Origin: a virus
Lineage: Duplodnaviria; Caudoviricetes
Virus record (IMG/VR): IMGVR_UViG_3300009149_000044
Coordinates: 1-52,838 of that record
Reading direction: 5' to 3' (one strand)
DNA length: 52,838 nucleotides
Below are positions 18,338-26,518 of this stretch, piece by piece. The notes beneath the pieces were generated by a model, which did no database searches, was not told the DNA's origin, and saw only the letters and a list, made by a program, of their open reading frames with translations. Positions within the stretch are counted from its first letter, which is position 1; every line of letters starts with the position of its first letter. Both the position numbers and the translations under genes were made by a program.

Positions 18338-18809
18338 CAGCGTTCTCCTTGACGTCGCCACCAAGGCAGGTCAGCTCCTTGCCGTCAGCATTGATGACCC
18401 GGTCACCGCTGCGGTAAGCCGGTTCGGTCGCCACCAGCATTGACTTCTCGTTGCGCGCCTCAACGTCAGGCCGGCAAGGGCCGCTGACGAACTTATCGTC
18501 GGTGTAGCCCTCCATATCGATCGCGTAGAAGGAGCAGATCTCCGCGTCAGCAGCGACCAGATCTTTATAGAAGGCCTCGATCCACTCCCACCTGACTGCC
18601 TCCGCCCCGCCGATCTCGAATTGAAGGTAGCAGTAGCAGCCGCCCTTCTTCAGCTGAAACACCTTCTCCGTGCCATCCATCGCCAACCAGAACCCCCAGC
18701 TCGGAAAGCTCATCTTGCCGAACTGCTCAAGGACGCGCCGCCCTGCCTCGGTCCTGCCTAGATCGAACGGAACGAACCCCTGCACTCTCAAGTCTTTTAG
18801 ATTCGCCAT
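18330..18809 (-). CDS. hypothetical protein
   Basis: AAAGGAG RBS. Confidence 0.55.
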   Translation of the reverse strand: MANLKDLRVQGFVPFDLGRTEAGRRVLEQFGKMSFPSWGFWLAMDGTEKVFQLKKGGCYCYLQFEIGGAEAVRWEWIEAFYKDLVAADAEICSFYAIDMEGYTDDKFVSGPCRPDVEARNEKSMLVATEPAYRSGDRVINADGKELTCLGGDVKENAGA

Positions 18810-18836
18810 CTTGTCTCCTTTACTGTAAGGACGCCT

Positions 18837-19022
18837 TCAGTCAGTGTCTTTGACGCGGACAGTGTCGTCTATGATACCCCCGATGAAATTCAAAGTTCGT
18901 TGGTGTTGTGCGAAGTTGAACGGGCGGCGATTGAACCTTTGCGTCAGGATTCTGCGACACTTGGCGCAGTGGCCGTCGGTCCCATCAGCCCACTCCTGCT
19001 TGCAACGGGTGCACATTTCCAT
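18837..19022 (-). CDS. small Cys-rich protein, first gene after the early promoter
   Basis: CTRC...CAKC; AAAGGAG RBS inside the repeated cassette. Confidence 0.55.
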   Translation of the reverse strand: MEMCTRCKQEWADGTDGHCAKCRRILTQRFNRRPFNFAQHQRTLNFIGGIIDDTVRVKDTD

Positions 19023-19155
19023 CTTTCGGTCTCCTTTCTGTTCGGTGCAGGTAGGACCTTCCTACCCGACTATTACAATTATACGATACTTATCACCAAA
19101 AGTCAAGTAAAAACTGCGAAATTCGTGGAAATAAATTGTAAAAGATTGTAACGGC
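19020..19155 (-). repeat. ~135-bp direct repeat copy 1: AT-rich upstream region + consensus promoter + leader hairpin + RBS + ATG
   Basis: Matches 36764-36898 with about 6 differences; TTGACT(19106-19101)-N17-TATAAT(19083-19078); hairpin GTAGG-AAGGT-CCTAC. Confidence 0.92.
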
Positions 19156-19156
19156 C

Positions 19157-19480
19157 CTAATCTGCTTGCGCATCGGCAGGATCTTCATCAGAGACGATGT
19201 TATGAAAATATAGCATTCCATTGCCCGACCTCTGTTTGCACTCTGGACAGATACGATTCCACGGCCCTTCGGACATAAACATCTGGCCGCAGCCACCCAG
19301 ACACCGACGCTTCTTTCGCTGCTTGCTCTTGGCCTTACGGCTCCAAGTTCGCTTGTCCTTTGCCTTGTATCTGCGGTCGCGCTCCAGCCAGCATTCACGA
19401 TTGTCATCTTGATGGCAGTAAGAGAAGCCCTTGCGAAGTCCCGGCCTCCCACAGTTCTTACAACGACGCTCCATTGTCAT
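19157..19480 (-). CDS. basic Cys-rich (zinc-binding) hypothetical protein
   Basis: CKNC and CLGGCGQMFMSEGPWNRICPEC. Confidence 0.6.
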   Translation of the reverse strand: MTMERRCKNCGRPGLRKGFSYCHQDDNRECWLERDRRYKAKDKRTWSRKAKSKQRKKRRCLGGCGQMFMSEGPWNRICPECKQRSGNGMLYFHNIVSDEDPADAQAD

Positions 19481-19497
19481 CTCTCAGAAAAGGGGGA

Positions 19498-19560
19498 GCG
19501 CCCAGGTGGGTCGGGGCAGAACCCTGCAGTCAGAAAGGATAAAGAACTGCCCTGGGCGCT
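19498..19560 (-). other. GC-rich stem-loop between the sbcC-like gene and the zinc-finger gene (possible terminator/leader)
   Basis: AGCGCCCAGG...CCTGGGCGCT arms, followed on the minus strand by CCCCCTTTT. Confidence 0.4.
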
Positions 19561-19566
19561 TGGGGA

Positions 19567-21402
19567 TCAAACTATATGCGAACCTGACTGGTCTTTAACG
19601 ACTGTCACCGTCCGATCGAAGTCATGCGCCAGTGAACGATGGTCAACCAACCAGACCTCACGCTTCTCTGTATCAGCACGTGAACGGAGTAGTTCAAGGA
19701 GGTCTCGGATACCCTCCTCAGACATATGACTGGTTGGCTCGTCCCATATCTCCTGTGAGCAGTCGACACCGCAACGGCTCAGTATCAAGCTGGAGAGGCC
19801 TATCTGACCGGCAAGCCGGAGCCGCTGGCTCTCACCACCTGACCAGGCTTCCCAAGGGACATTGCCCTCCACGTGCGGCGCATCTATCAGCATCGTGAAG
19901 CCGCGGGTGACACCGCCGCTGGTGTTTTCACGTTCAACGTCGAATGTGACGGTCCAGTCCGGCAGCCCAAGCTGAATCAGCGAGTTGTTGACACGGACCT
20001 CGAGTTCTGCCAGCGCCGCCTCGATGAGATAGAGTCTGACCTGCTTGAACTCCGAAGCCCAGAAGGTCGAGGCTTTGTGCTCGTGCTCCACACCCGCATG
20101 GTTCGCTCTGGCATCAACCAGCGCAATGTCTGCACGGCGGATACGATCGTTGAGCGCCGCGATCTGCTCTTTGTGGGGGTCGACTTGCGCTTTCATCTCC
20201 TCCAGGTTGCTTGTCAAGACAGCGGCCTCACGTTGCGACCCGACCTGCTTGGCGTGGACCTGGTTGACCTGCTCCTCCAGGTTATTGTAGCTCTTGCTCA
20301 GCAGCCTGACACGCTCAGCCAAGTCTGCCAACTCACCTGCAATCTCCTTCCGCTGCCGGGTCAGCTTAGCATACTCGCCTTCAGTAGCAGCCGTTATCTG
20401 CCTCTGGATATCTGCTTGGGCCGTCTCGATCCTCTGCCTTTCAGCGGTCAGATGTGCCTTGGTGATTGCCTGCTTGCAGATAGGACACCTGTCCGACAGC
20501 TTCAGCAGCCGTGCCAGGTCAGTTTCGTATGCTTTGATGGTGCCCCGAAGCGTCATAATCGACGAGTTGACCTGCAGCAGCTGGGCCTCGATCTCATCCT
20601 GGGTCTTCTCGAGAGTATCCATCTGCGCCTCGACAGCGGTAAACTGAGCTCCGACTTTGCTCTTCTCCTCTTCGAGCAGCTGGCGCTCGCGAGAATAATG
20701 GCGCTCAGCATTGTTCGCAACCTCCAGTTTCTTCTCAGCTTCCGCGACCCGTGTCGCTAGCGTCTGCTGGAACGCTTTGCTGGCTGCTGCTATCTGAGCC
20801 AGCAGCGCGGCGTTCTCAGCCTTTGATGCTTCCAGCCCAGCTATCGCATTGGATATTTCGTCAACCTCCTTACGCGCCAGCTCTGAAAGCCGCTTCGCCT
20901 TCTCGCTGTATTTCATCCAAACACCCAGGTCAAGGATGTCAGTGAACAGCGCTTGCTTAGCGGCTGGGGCGGTATCAAGGAAGAATTCATTGAACTGCCC
21001 GAAGAGGACTGCGTTCAGGAAGCAGACGAAGTTCAGCCCGATGAACTCCTCCAGCTGATCCTGCGCAGTCTCAGCACCGTCCAGCGTGAGGCTATTGGGC
21101 TTCCACGTCCGGACTACCGTATGGTCAGCACCGTGGTGGCTGAGGAGCAGCGTCACCTGACATACATCTGAAGACGTCCATGACCCTACCGCTGTTGCCC
21201 GCAAACCGCGAGCGGTCTTTCCATAGAGCACCCAAACAAGTGCATCCCATATGGAGCTCTTACCTGCTCCGTTCGCACCCAGGGCGGTTTCGACCGCGTT
21301 GCGACCAGTTACGAAGTTGAACCCCAACTTTTGGCTGAACCAGAATGTCGCTGGGCTGTTGAACGACTTGAAGCCCTGAATTGTCAGCTGCTTGAAATTC
21401 AC
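19567..21402 (-). CDS. SbcC/Rad50/T4 gp46-like ATPase
   Basis: GFKSF, GANGAGKSS, CPIC zinc hook, WSGGE signature, IWDEP. Confidence 0.9.
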   Translation of the reverse strand: MNFKQLTIQGFKSFNSPATFWFSQKLGFNFVTGRNAVETALGANGAGKSSIWDALVWVLYGKTARGLRATAVGSWTSSDVCQVTLLLSHHGADHTVVRTWKPNSLTLDGAETAQDQLEEFIGLNFVCFLNAVLFGQFNEFFLDTAPAAKQALFTDILDLGVWMKYSEKAKRLSELARKEVDEISNAIAGLEASKAENAALLAQIAAASKAFQQTLATRVAEAEKKLEVANNAERHYSRERQLLEEEKSKVGAQFTAVEAQMDTLEKTQDEIEAQLLQVNSSIMTLRGTIKAYETDLARLLKLSDRCPICKQAITKAHLTAERQRIETAQADIQRQITAATEGEYAKLTRQRKEIAGELADLAERVRLLSKSYNNLEEQVNQVHAKQVGSQREAAVLTSNLEEMKAQVDPHKEQIAALNDRIRRADIALVDARANHAGVEHEHKASTFWASEFKQVRLYLIEAALAELEVRVNNSLIQLGLPDWTVTFDVERENTSGGVTRGFTMLIDAPHVEGNVPWEAWSGGESQRLRLAGQIGLSSLILSRCGVDCSQEIWDEPTSHMSEEGIRDLLELLRSRADTEKREVWLVDHRSLAHDFDRTVTVVKDQSGSHIV

Positions 21403-21406
21403 CTGG

Positions 21407-22423
21407 TCAGCTCCTTTCTGTCTTCACAAGGGCAAGGCCGACCTCTTTCAGCTCATCCCCGAGCGAGAAGGCCTTGCAGTAATCGGTGAGTATCTCGGTT
21501 CTCGTCCGTGAGGTGCTTGCTGTCGGAACCTCACCCAGCTTGAGACGACGGCGCAGTTTCTTCTCCACCACAGACACACCGCAGACAACGACACCAGACG
21601 CGTCCAGCACTTTGCGGGCAGCTGCGCGGTGCTCATCCCAGTGAATGAACTCGGCCCGCGGCAGCGCCAGTTCGACACGGACTTGATCTCCTTCGTGGAG
21701 TGCCGCCTTCTGCAGCTGGTCAATACTGCTGACCTTCAGCATGCGCTTGGCGAGCGACGGGACGGGCACCACCTCGACTGTTGACTTGTGCGGGCCAGTG
21801 AAGGTCTCAACCACAATGGAATGCTCGTGCGGTGTTTCAGTGAAGATGGTCGGGTAAGGTGAGCCGACATACCGGACCTTGCCGACCTCCTGGGGAACGT
21901 GCAAGTGACCCGACCAGACCTGACGCATCCCCGCCACGACCTTTGGGTCAATCCCCTCCATCTCATGCCCGTTCTCCGCGACACCGCCCTGGAATGAAGC
22001 GTGCGTCAGCAGTGTCGTATGCTTGAGATCAAACTCCGCCACCTGCTCATGCATCTGCTTGCCGTGAGGCCATACCACGAAGTGCTCGTGCTCATAATTG
22101 ATATGCCGAAACTCGGTATAGAACGAGATCGTATCGCTGAGAGACAAGAACTTGAAGAAGGGGTTGTCTGGGTCAGCGTAATCGTGATTCCCTTTCACGA
22201 TGAACACTGGGGCGGAAGCTGCCAGCTCAGTCAGCGCCCTTACTACCCGGGAGACGAAGGCGCCGGCGTGGCGGTCGTGCTCTTCGGTCAGGTCGCCCAG
22301 AATCCAGATCTCGTCGACCCGCCGCTTCTTCGCTTCCTTGGCTATCCACTGGACTGCCTGAAAGCGGTATTGATCCAGCGGCTTCGATGTCAGATGCAGG
22401 TCCGCTGTGTATAATAGTTTCAT
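21407..22423 (-). CDS. SbcD/Mre11/T4 gp47-like nuclease
   Basis: ADLH, GDL, GNHD, SGHLH and YVGSP metallophosphoesterase motifs. Confidence 0.9.
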   Translation of the reverse strand: MKLLYTADLHLTSKPLDQYRFQAVQWIAKEAKKRRVDEIWILGDLTEEHDRHAGAFVSRVVRALTELAASAPVFIVKGNHDYADPDNPFFKFLSLSDTISFYTEFRHINYEHEHFVVWPHGKQMHEQVAEFDLKHTTLLTHASFQGGVAENGHEMEGIDPKVVAGMRQVWSGHLHVPQEVGKVRYVGSPYPTIFTETPHEHSIVVETFTGPHKSTVEVVPVPSLAKRMLKVSSIDQLQKAALHEGDQVRVELALPRAEFIHWDEHRAAARKVLDASGVVVCGVSVVEKKLRRRLKLGEVPTASTSRTRTEILTDYCKAFSLGDELKEVGLALVKTERS

Positions 22424-22922
22424 ATGGTCTCCTTTCTAACGCCTCTTCCAAATCAAATATATGCAGCTTCCGGTCTGGCGCCACCAACCTTGATGAGACA
22501 AACGGTGCAAACAGGGTGGTGCCAACATCGTCCAGCATCAACAGAACCGGCCATCTGTTCTGCTTGGCGATCAGCCACGGCAGCTTGCCTTCTGCGGCAG
22601 CGTCTTGACGCAGCTTATTCCAGATAGGGCCCAAGGTGCCCACACGCTTCTCGCCCCAGAGCAAGTGGCGCATGCCTAGATCCCTGTAGGCCTTACACTC
22701 GATCATGAAGGTATCTGTAAGCCAGAAGCCCTCAGGCCGGATAGAAGAGAGATCACCGCTCTGGGCGTGACGGTCACCGGTGCCGCCTTTCAGCGTAGCC
22801 CGACCGCCTGACATCGCGCTGCGCCAGAAAACATCGTCACGCTCCCCTTTGGTTACCCAAGCCGAGAGCCGCCGGCATGCCCAGCGCTCGAACTCACCGC
22901 CCTTCTCATTGCCCTTCACCAT
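22227..22922 (-). CDS. PD-(D/E)xK Holliday junction resolvase-like nuclease
   Basis: KGGEFER...SGG...GDL...IECK; the low-complexity C-terminal tail overlaps the sbcD-like gene. Confidence 0.7.
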   Translation of the reverse strand: MVKGNEKGGEFERWACRRLSAWVTKGERDDVFWRSAMSGGRATLKGGTGDRHAQSGDLSSIRPEGFWLTDTFMIECKAYRDLGMRHLLWGEKRVGTLGPIWNKLRQDAAAEGKLPWLIAKQNRWPVLLMLDDVGTTLFAPFVSSRLVAPDRKLHIFDLEEALERRPYETIIHSGPASDIEAAGSIPLSGSPVDSQGSEEAAGRRDLDSGRPDRRARPPRRRLRLPGSKGAD

Positions 22923-23919
22923 ACTTGAGCCTTTTTGGGAGGAAGCTGTCCTCGATCTCATACCAGGCCTTCACTACAGCCTCCGCGAGTAGCGTGCGGA
23001 CCTGATCGAACTCATGCGCCTCGATCAAGCCGAGGCCTTTCTTGAACGTCTTGTAGTCGAGGTCTGTCACCTCTTCGAGCCGCTTGACATCCTGCAGCCA
23101 GTCGGTGCACGCCGCGACGTCGTCGATGCCGTAGCCGAAGATAATAGGGAACTCGCAGTCCCTGTAGGGGAGGCCGACTTTGTTCTTATCGCAGCGTGCC
23201 CTGACGTTTATCCCGATCTTACGTTCAATGCCGCTGCGCTGGCGTGTGATATAACCCAGGTGGGCCAGCCATAACACCTGGGAGGCGTAGAAGTCGAGCG
23301 CCTTACCGCCTGATCGTGTAACGCTACGGCCGAACGTAACGCCGATGTTCTCACGCACCTGGGAAATGATCATCACGCAGAAGCGCTTCTGGCTGCACCG
23401 CTTGTTCAGCCGCCTGAACAGCTGGCTCATCTTCTTCGCCTTTTCAGCACCGTAAGTGCCCTCATCGATTCCCCGCTTCAGCTCTGCACGATCAGACAAG
23501 GCATCCAGCGAATCCTGAATGTAGAGCCCCGGAGTGTCGTCAGGGTGCTCATCGGTCCTCTTTGTCAGGTCCTCAAACAGGTCCTCGACTGTGAAGCACT
23601 CAACAAACTCGACACGATCAAGCGGGAGGCCTAACGCACGCGCGTAGTCTTTGTCGAATGCAGCTTCAGCCTCGCAATACCAGATCTTCCCGGTGGGATA
23701 CTGCTTGGCAAAGTTGGCGCAGGCCTCGATCGCAAGGAGGGTCTTCCCCGTGCTCTTGTCGCCGACGATGTTGGCGATACGGCCCAGAGGCCACCCACCT
23801 CCCAGGACGCAGTCTAGCGTTGCGCATCCTGATGAGATGCACTCGATTTTAGTGGGGGCGGAGAAATAGGCCCCGCCCCCGTCGTCTACCTCGGATGCGA
23901 TCTTCTTACGTTGCATCAC
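22906..23919 (-). CDS. recA: RecA/UvsX recombinase
   Basis: LDCVLGGGWPLGRI, GDKSTGKT, SGGKALDFYAS, KNKVG. Confidence 0.92.
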   Translation of the reverse strand: MMQRKKIASEVDDGGGAYFSAPTKIECISSGCATLDCVLGGGWPLGRIANIVGDKSTGKTLLAIEACANFAKQYPTGKIWYCEAEAAFDKDYARALGLPLDRVEFVECFTVEDLFEDLTKRTDEHPDDTPGLYIQDSLDALSDRAELKRGIDEGTYGAEKAKKMSQLFRRLNKRCSQKRFCVMIISQVRENIGVTFGRSVTRSGGKALDFYASQVLWLAHLGYITRQRSGIERKIGINVRARCDKNKVGLPYRDCEFPIIFGYGIDDVAACTDWLQDVKRLEEVTDLDYKTFKKGLGLIEAHEFDQVRTLLAEAVVKAWYEIEDSFLPKRLKYGEGQ

Positions 23920-24860
23920 TCACCCATGCGCTCTTTGAGCCGCTGCCGGATCCGATCTGCGATACTGCCGCTCGCCGCCTTAGGGGCGGGCGCGTCGTCA
24001 TCGTCGTCGTCTGGGACCTCCTTGGTCTTCTCCTTCTCGTCGCCCGTGAGCCTACGCCGAGCGTTCTTGCGCTCCATCTTCTCCTTCGGTTTCTCCTCTT
24101 CCTTCGGCTTCTCGTCCGCATCGAAAGGCGGCTCGTCGTCTGCGGCAGCCGGCGCTGGCTTCTTTTCATCGTCAGCACCGTTGAAGACCTCCGAAATCCG
24201 CTCATAAGAGAAGAACTGGAACGTGGTGGGGATCGGGTTCTCCAGAATAAAGTCGAGCCACTCGTCCACCGTGTCGGGATCGTCCGCCAGGGTGGTCGAC
24301 TTCCGAGCAACCTGGATGCCGACGTATTTGGTTTTGATGCCGGCGCCGTCGCGGCTGAACTCGATGTCATACCCATCGACTGGATCATCCACGTTCAGGA
24401 TCTCACCGCTCCGCTTGTCAAGAGAGAGCTTGGAGATATCCCTGTCGATTGTCCACGGGGCTGCGTAGAGGATGGGGCCGTCGCTCTCGTTGTCTCTGTC
24501 AATGATCCAGTAGACAACTCGCTTGGTCGGAGCCAGGTCGCTGGCATAGTCAGCGTCACCGGCTTTCTCGGCGCGGCGGCGCTCTTCGCAGACCGGGCAG
24601 GGTTCGTTCTTCATCTTTGATGCGCACAGATACGAGCCCTTGCCGTCGCTCCCGATCCCATAGTGGACGTAGATGTCGAACCCGAAATGCTCCGGGTCGT
24701 CCCATGTCGGCGGCAGGATCCGGAGGCGCCGGTCGCCGGTCTTCGGGGTCCAGGACGTAAACTGATCGTGGAAGATGGGATCAAACAGACCAGCGCTCTG
24801 TTCGGCCCTCTTCTTCACGGAGTCTTTCGTCCGGCCTTTATACACGAATTTCTTCGCCAT
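23916..24860 (-). CDS. T4 gp32-like single-stranded DNA-binding protein
   Basis: LRILPP, His/Cys zinc motif (YLC...CPVC), acidic C-terminal tail, position next to recA. Confidence 0.75.
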   Translation of the reverse strand: MAKKFVYKGRTKDSVKKRAEQSAGLFDPIFHDQFTSWTPKTGDRRLRILPPTWDDPEHFGFDIYVHYGIGSDGKGSYLCASKMKNEPCPVCEERRRAEKAGDADYASDLAPTKRVVYWIIDRDNESDGPILYAAPWTIDRDISKLSLDKRSGEILNVDDPVDGYDIEFSRDGAGIKTKYVGIQVARKSTTLADDPDTVDEWLDFILENPIPTTFQFFSYERISEVFNGADDEKKPAPAAADDEPPFDADEKPKEEEKPKEKMERKNARRRLTGDEKEKTKEVPDDDDDDAPAPKAASGSIADRIRQRLKERMGE

Positions 24861-24996
24861 CAGGTGTTTCCTTTCTTCGCTTCAGCAGCGCCTTCAGAGA
24901 GTAGATCTTGGCGTCGAAGAACGCCTTCGACGCGGCATAGGTAAAACAGTAGACCACCACGGGTCCAACGACTATCGCAAGCACGATTGTCAGCAT
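24838..24996 (-). CDS. 52-aa membrane protein
   Basis: Hand-translated MLTIVLAIVVGPVVVYCFTYAASKAFF...; GAGG RBS. Confidence 0.45.
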   Translation of the reverse strand: MLTIVLAIVVGPVVVYCFTYAASKAFFDAKIYSLKALLKRRKETPDGEEIRV

Positions 24997-24999
24997 TCC

Positions 25000-25521
25000 T
25001 CACTCCTTCTGGTTTGCGGCGTTACGGATCTTCTTCCGCAACACCGTGTTCTGCCTCTCCTCCATTGACTTGGCGTCGCCCGCCAAAGCTCGCTGGCGCT
25101 CGCTGGCGTTTACAGCGTCAGTGGCGCCGTAATACCCTGCGACATAGAGGGCCGCGAGATCCTTTAGCACGTAGGAGCGCTGCATGGTTGCGTCTTTGGC
25201 GGCGCCCCAAACCTCGGCGTTGTTCTTGGCTGTCAGGTAAGCCTCCACGGCAGCCGTATGGCGCTCGTGCAAGAGCACCTTGGATGCGACCAGCGACTCC
25301 GTGACTTTCCCACCCGCCTCCTCCAGGTGGTGCCTGACGATAAGGCCGAGGTCAGCATCAGTCTTGTCCAGGTCTTGTTTGGCAGCGTCTCGTATAGAGA
25401 TCGCCATAGCGTGCTGGTGCCCGACCTGATAGAAGAACATCGGCTGATTGATCAGCGCTTCGTCCAGTGCATCGGGGTCGATCTTCAGGAGGGCTTCTGC
25501 CTCTGTCAATGTCATCTGCAT
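25000..25521 (-). CDS. UvsY-like recombination mediator
   Basis: LKIDPDALDEALINQP N-terminus, helical; upstream of SSB/RecA. Confidence 0.6.
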   Translation of the reverse strand: MQMTLTEAEALLKIDPDALDEALINQPMFFYQVGHQHAMAISIRDAAKQDLDKTDADLGLIVRHHLEEAGGKVTESLVASKVLLHERHTAAVEAYLTAKNNAEVWGAAKDATMQRSYVLKDLAALYVAGYYGATDAVNASERQRALAGDAKSMEERQNTVLRKKIRNAANQKE

Positions 25522-25562
25522 CGTCTTCTCTCCGGTGATAAATGGTAACCTACGGCACGAAT

Positions 25563-25573
25563 AACTATATCAC
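25563..25573 (-). promoter_or_regulatory. GTGATATAGTT motif upstream of the recombination genes
   Basis: Exact copy of the recurrent motif. Confidence 0.6.
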
Positions 25574-26499
25574 TCCGTTTCGTAGATCAGCTCACCGAGC
25601 GCCAAGAAGATCGGCGCTAGACCTTCTGACGTGTAGCAAGGCTTCGAGAACGCGCTCAGCACGCTGAGAGCTTTCACTGCGGCCTTATCGTCGTTCGCAC
25701 CCAGGAGGATACTGTTGAAGTAGGCAACCACCATAAGCCTGATCGACTCAGCGTTCGTCTCTTTGAACGGCGCCATAAGCTTCATCGCTTTCGACCACGT
25801 CAGACCACCGCGCGCCAGTGCACGGGCCAGCTCGATTATATCAGCCCCGCCTTCCTCTACTACCCGCAGCAGCGCTGCTGCTTCCTGGGTCGTCTTGCAC
25901 CCGCAGCATTTCGATAGGTTAGTCAAGGCCGTCCGCGGGCTGCCGTTGCTCTGCCTTGCGATCAGGTAAAGAACATCGTCGCTCGCCCCCAGCGTATCAA
26001 CATCATTCACTGCCTTGAGGAGGTCGTGTATCAGGTCGACCTTGACCGGCCTGAGGTCGTAGCACGCGCACCTCGATTTAATAGTGGCGGGGATCTTCCC
26101 GGGGTCGGTCGTGCAGAATATCCAGTAGGAGCCCTTGGGAGGTTCCTCGACCGCTTTGAGCAGCGACTGCCACGCAGCTTTGCTGAGGGCGTGTGCCTCA
26201 TCCACGATCAAGACGCGGCTATGCCCGCCCAGAGGTGAGAACTGAAGCATCTCAGTGATCGCCCGCATAGCATCGACACCGGTATGCGTCGCTGCGTCAA
26301 TCTCGGTAGGGTTGATGCAGTTGACGGCATCAGCGATTACCCGAGCGATCGTGGTCTTGCCGACACCGGCAGGGCCTGAGAAGATGAAAGCGCGTGACGT
26401 CTGCTTCTTCAGAACGCCGCGGATGGAGGCGACAACAGCATCGTGGCCTATGATCTCGTCAAACGTCGCTGGGCGGAACTTGGAGTGGAGGTCGGTCAT
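25570..26499 (-). CDS. dnaX: clamp loader ATPase (DnaX gamma/tau-like)
   Basis: KFRPATFDEIIGH, GPAGVGKTT, IVDEAH, LLKAVEEPP, TIKSRC. Confidence 0.9.
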   Translation of the reverse strand: MTDLHSKFRPATFDEIIGHDAVVASIRGVLKKQTSRAFIFSGPAGVGKTTIARVIADAVNCINPTEIDAATHTGVDAMRAITEMLQFSPLGGHSRVLIVDEAHALSKAAWQSLLKAVEEPPKGSYWIFCTTDPGKIPATIKSRCACYDLRPVKVDLIHDLLKAVNDVDTLGASDDVLYLIARQSNGSPRTALTNLSKCCGCKTTQEAAALLRVVEEGGADIIELARALARGGLTWSKAMKLMAPFKETNAESIRLMVVAYFNSILLGANDDKAAVKALSVLSAFSKPCYTSEGLAPIFLALGELIYETE

Positions 26500-26518
26500 G
26501 AGTTATCCTTTCATTTAC

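Noticed and set aside
22227-22423. Nearly 200-nt overlap of the resolvase C-terminus with the sbcD-like gene as a dual-coding region
   Set aside because: The extension is low-complexity and motif-free; most likely an incidental late stop.
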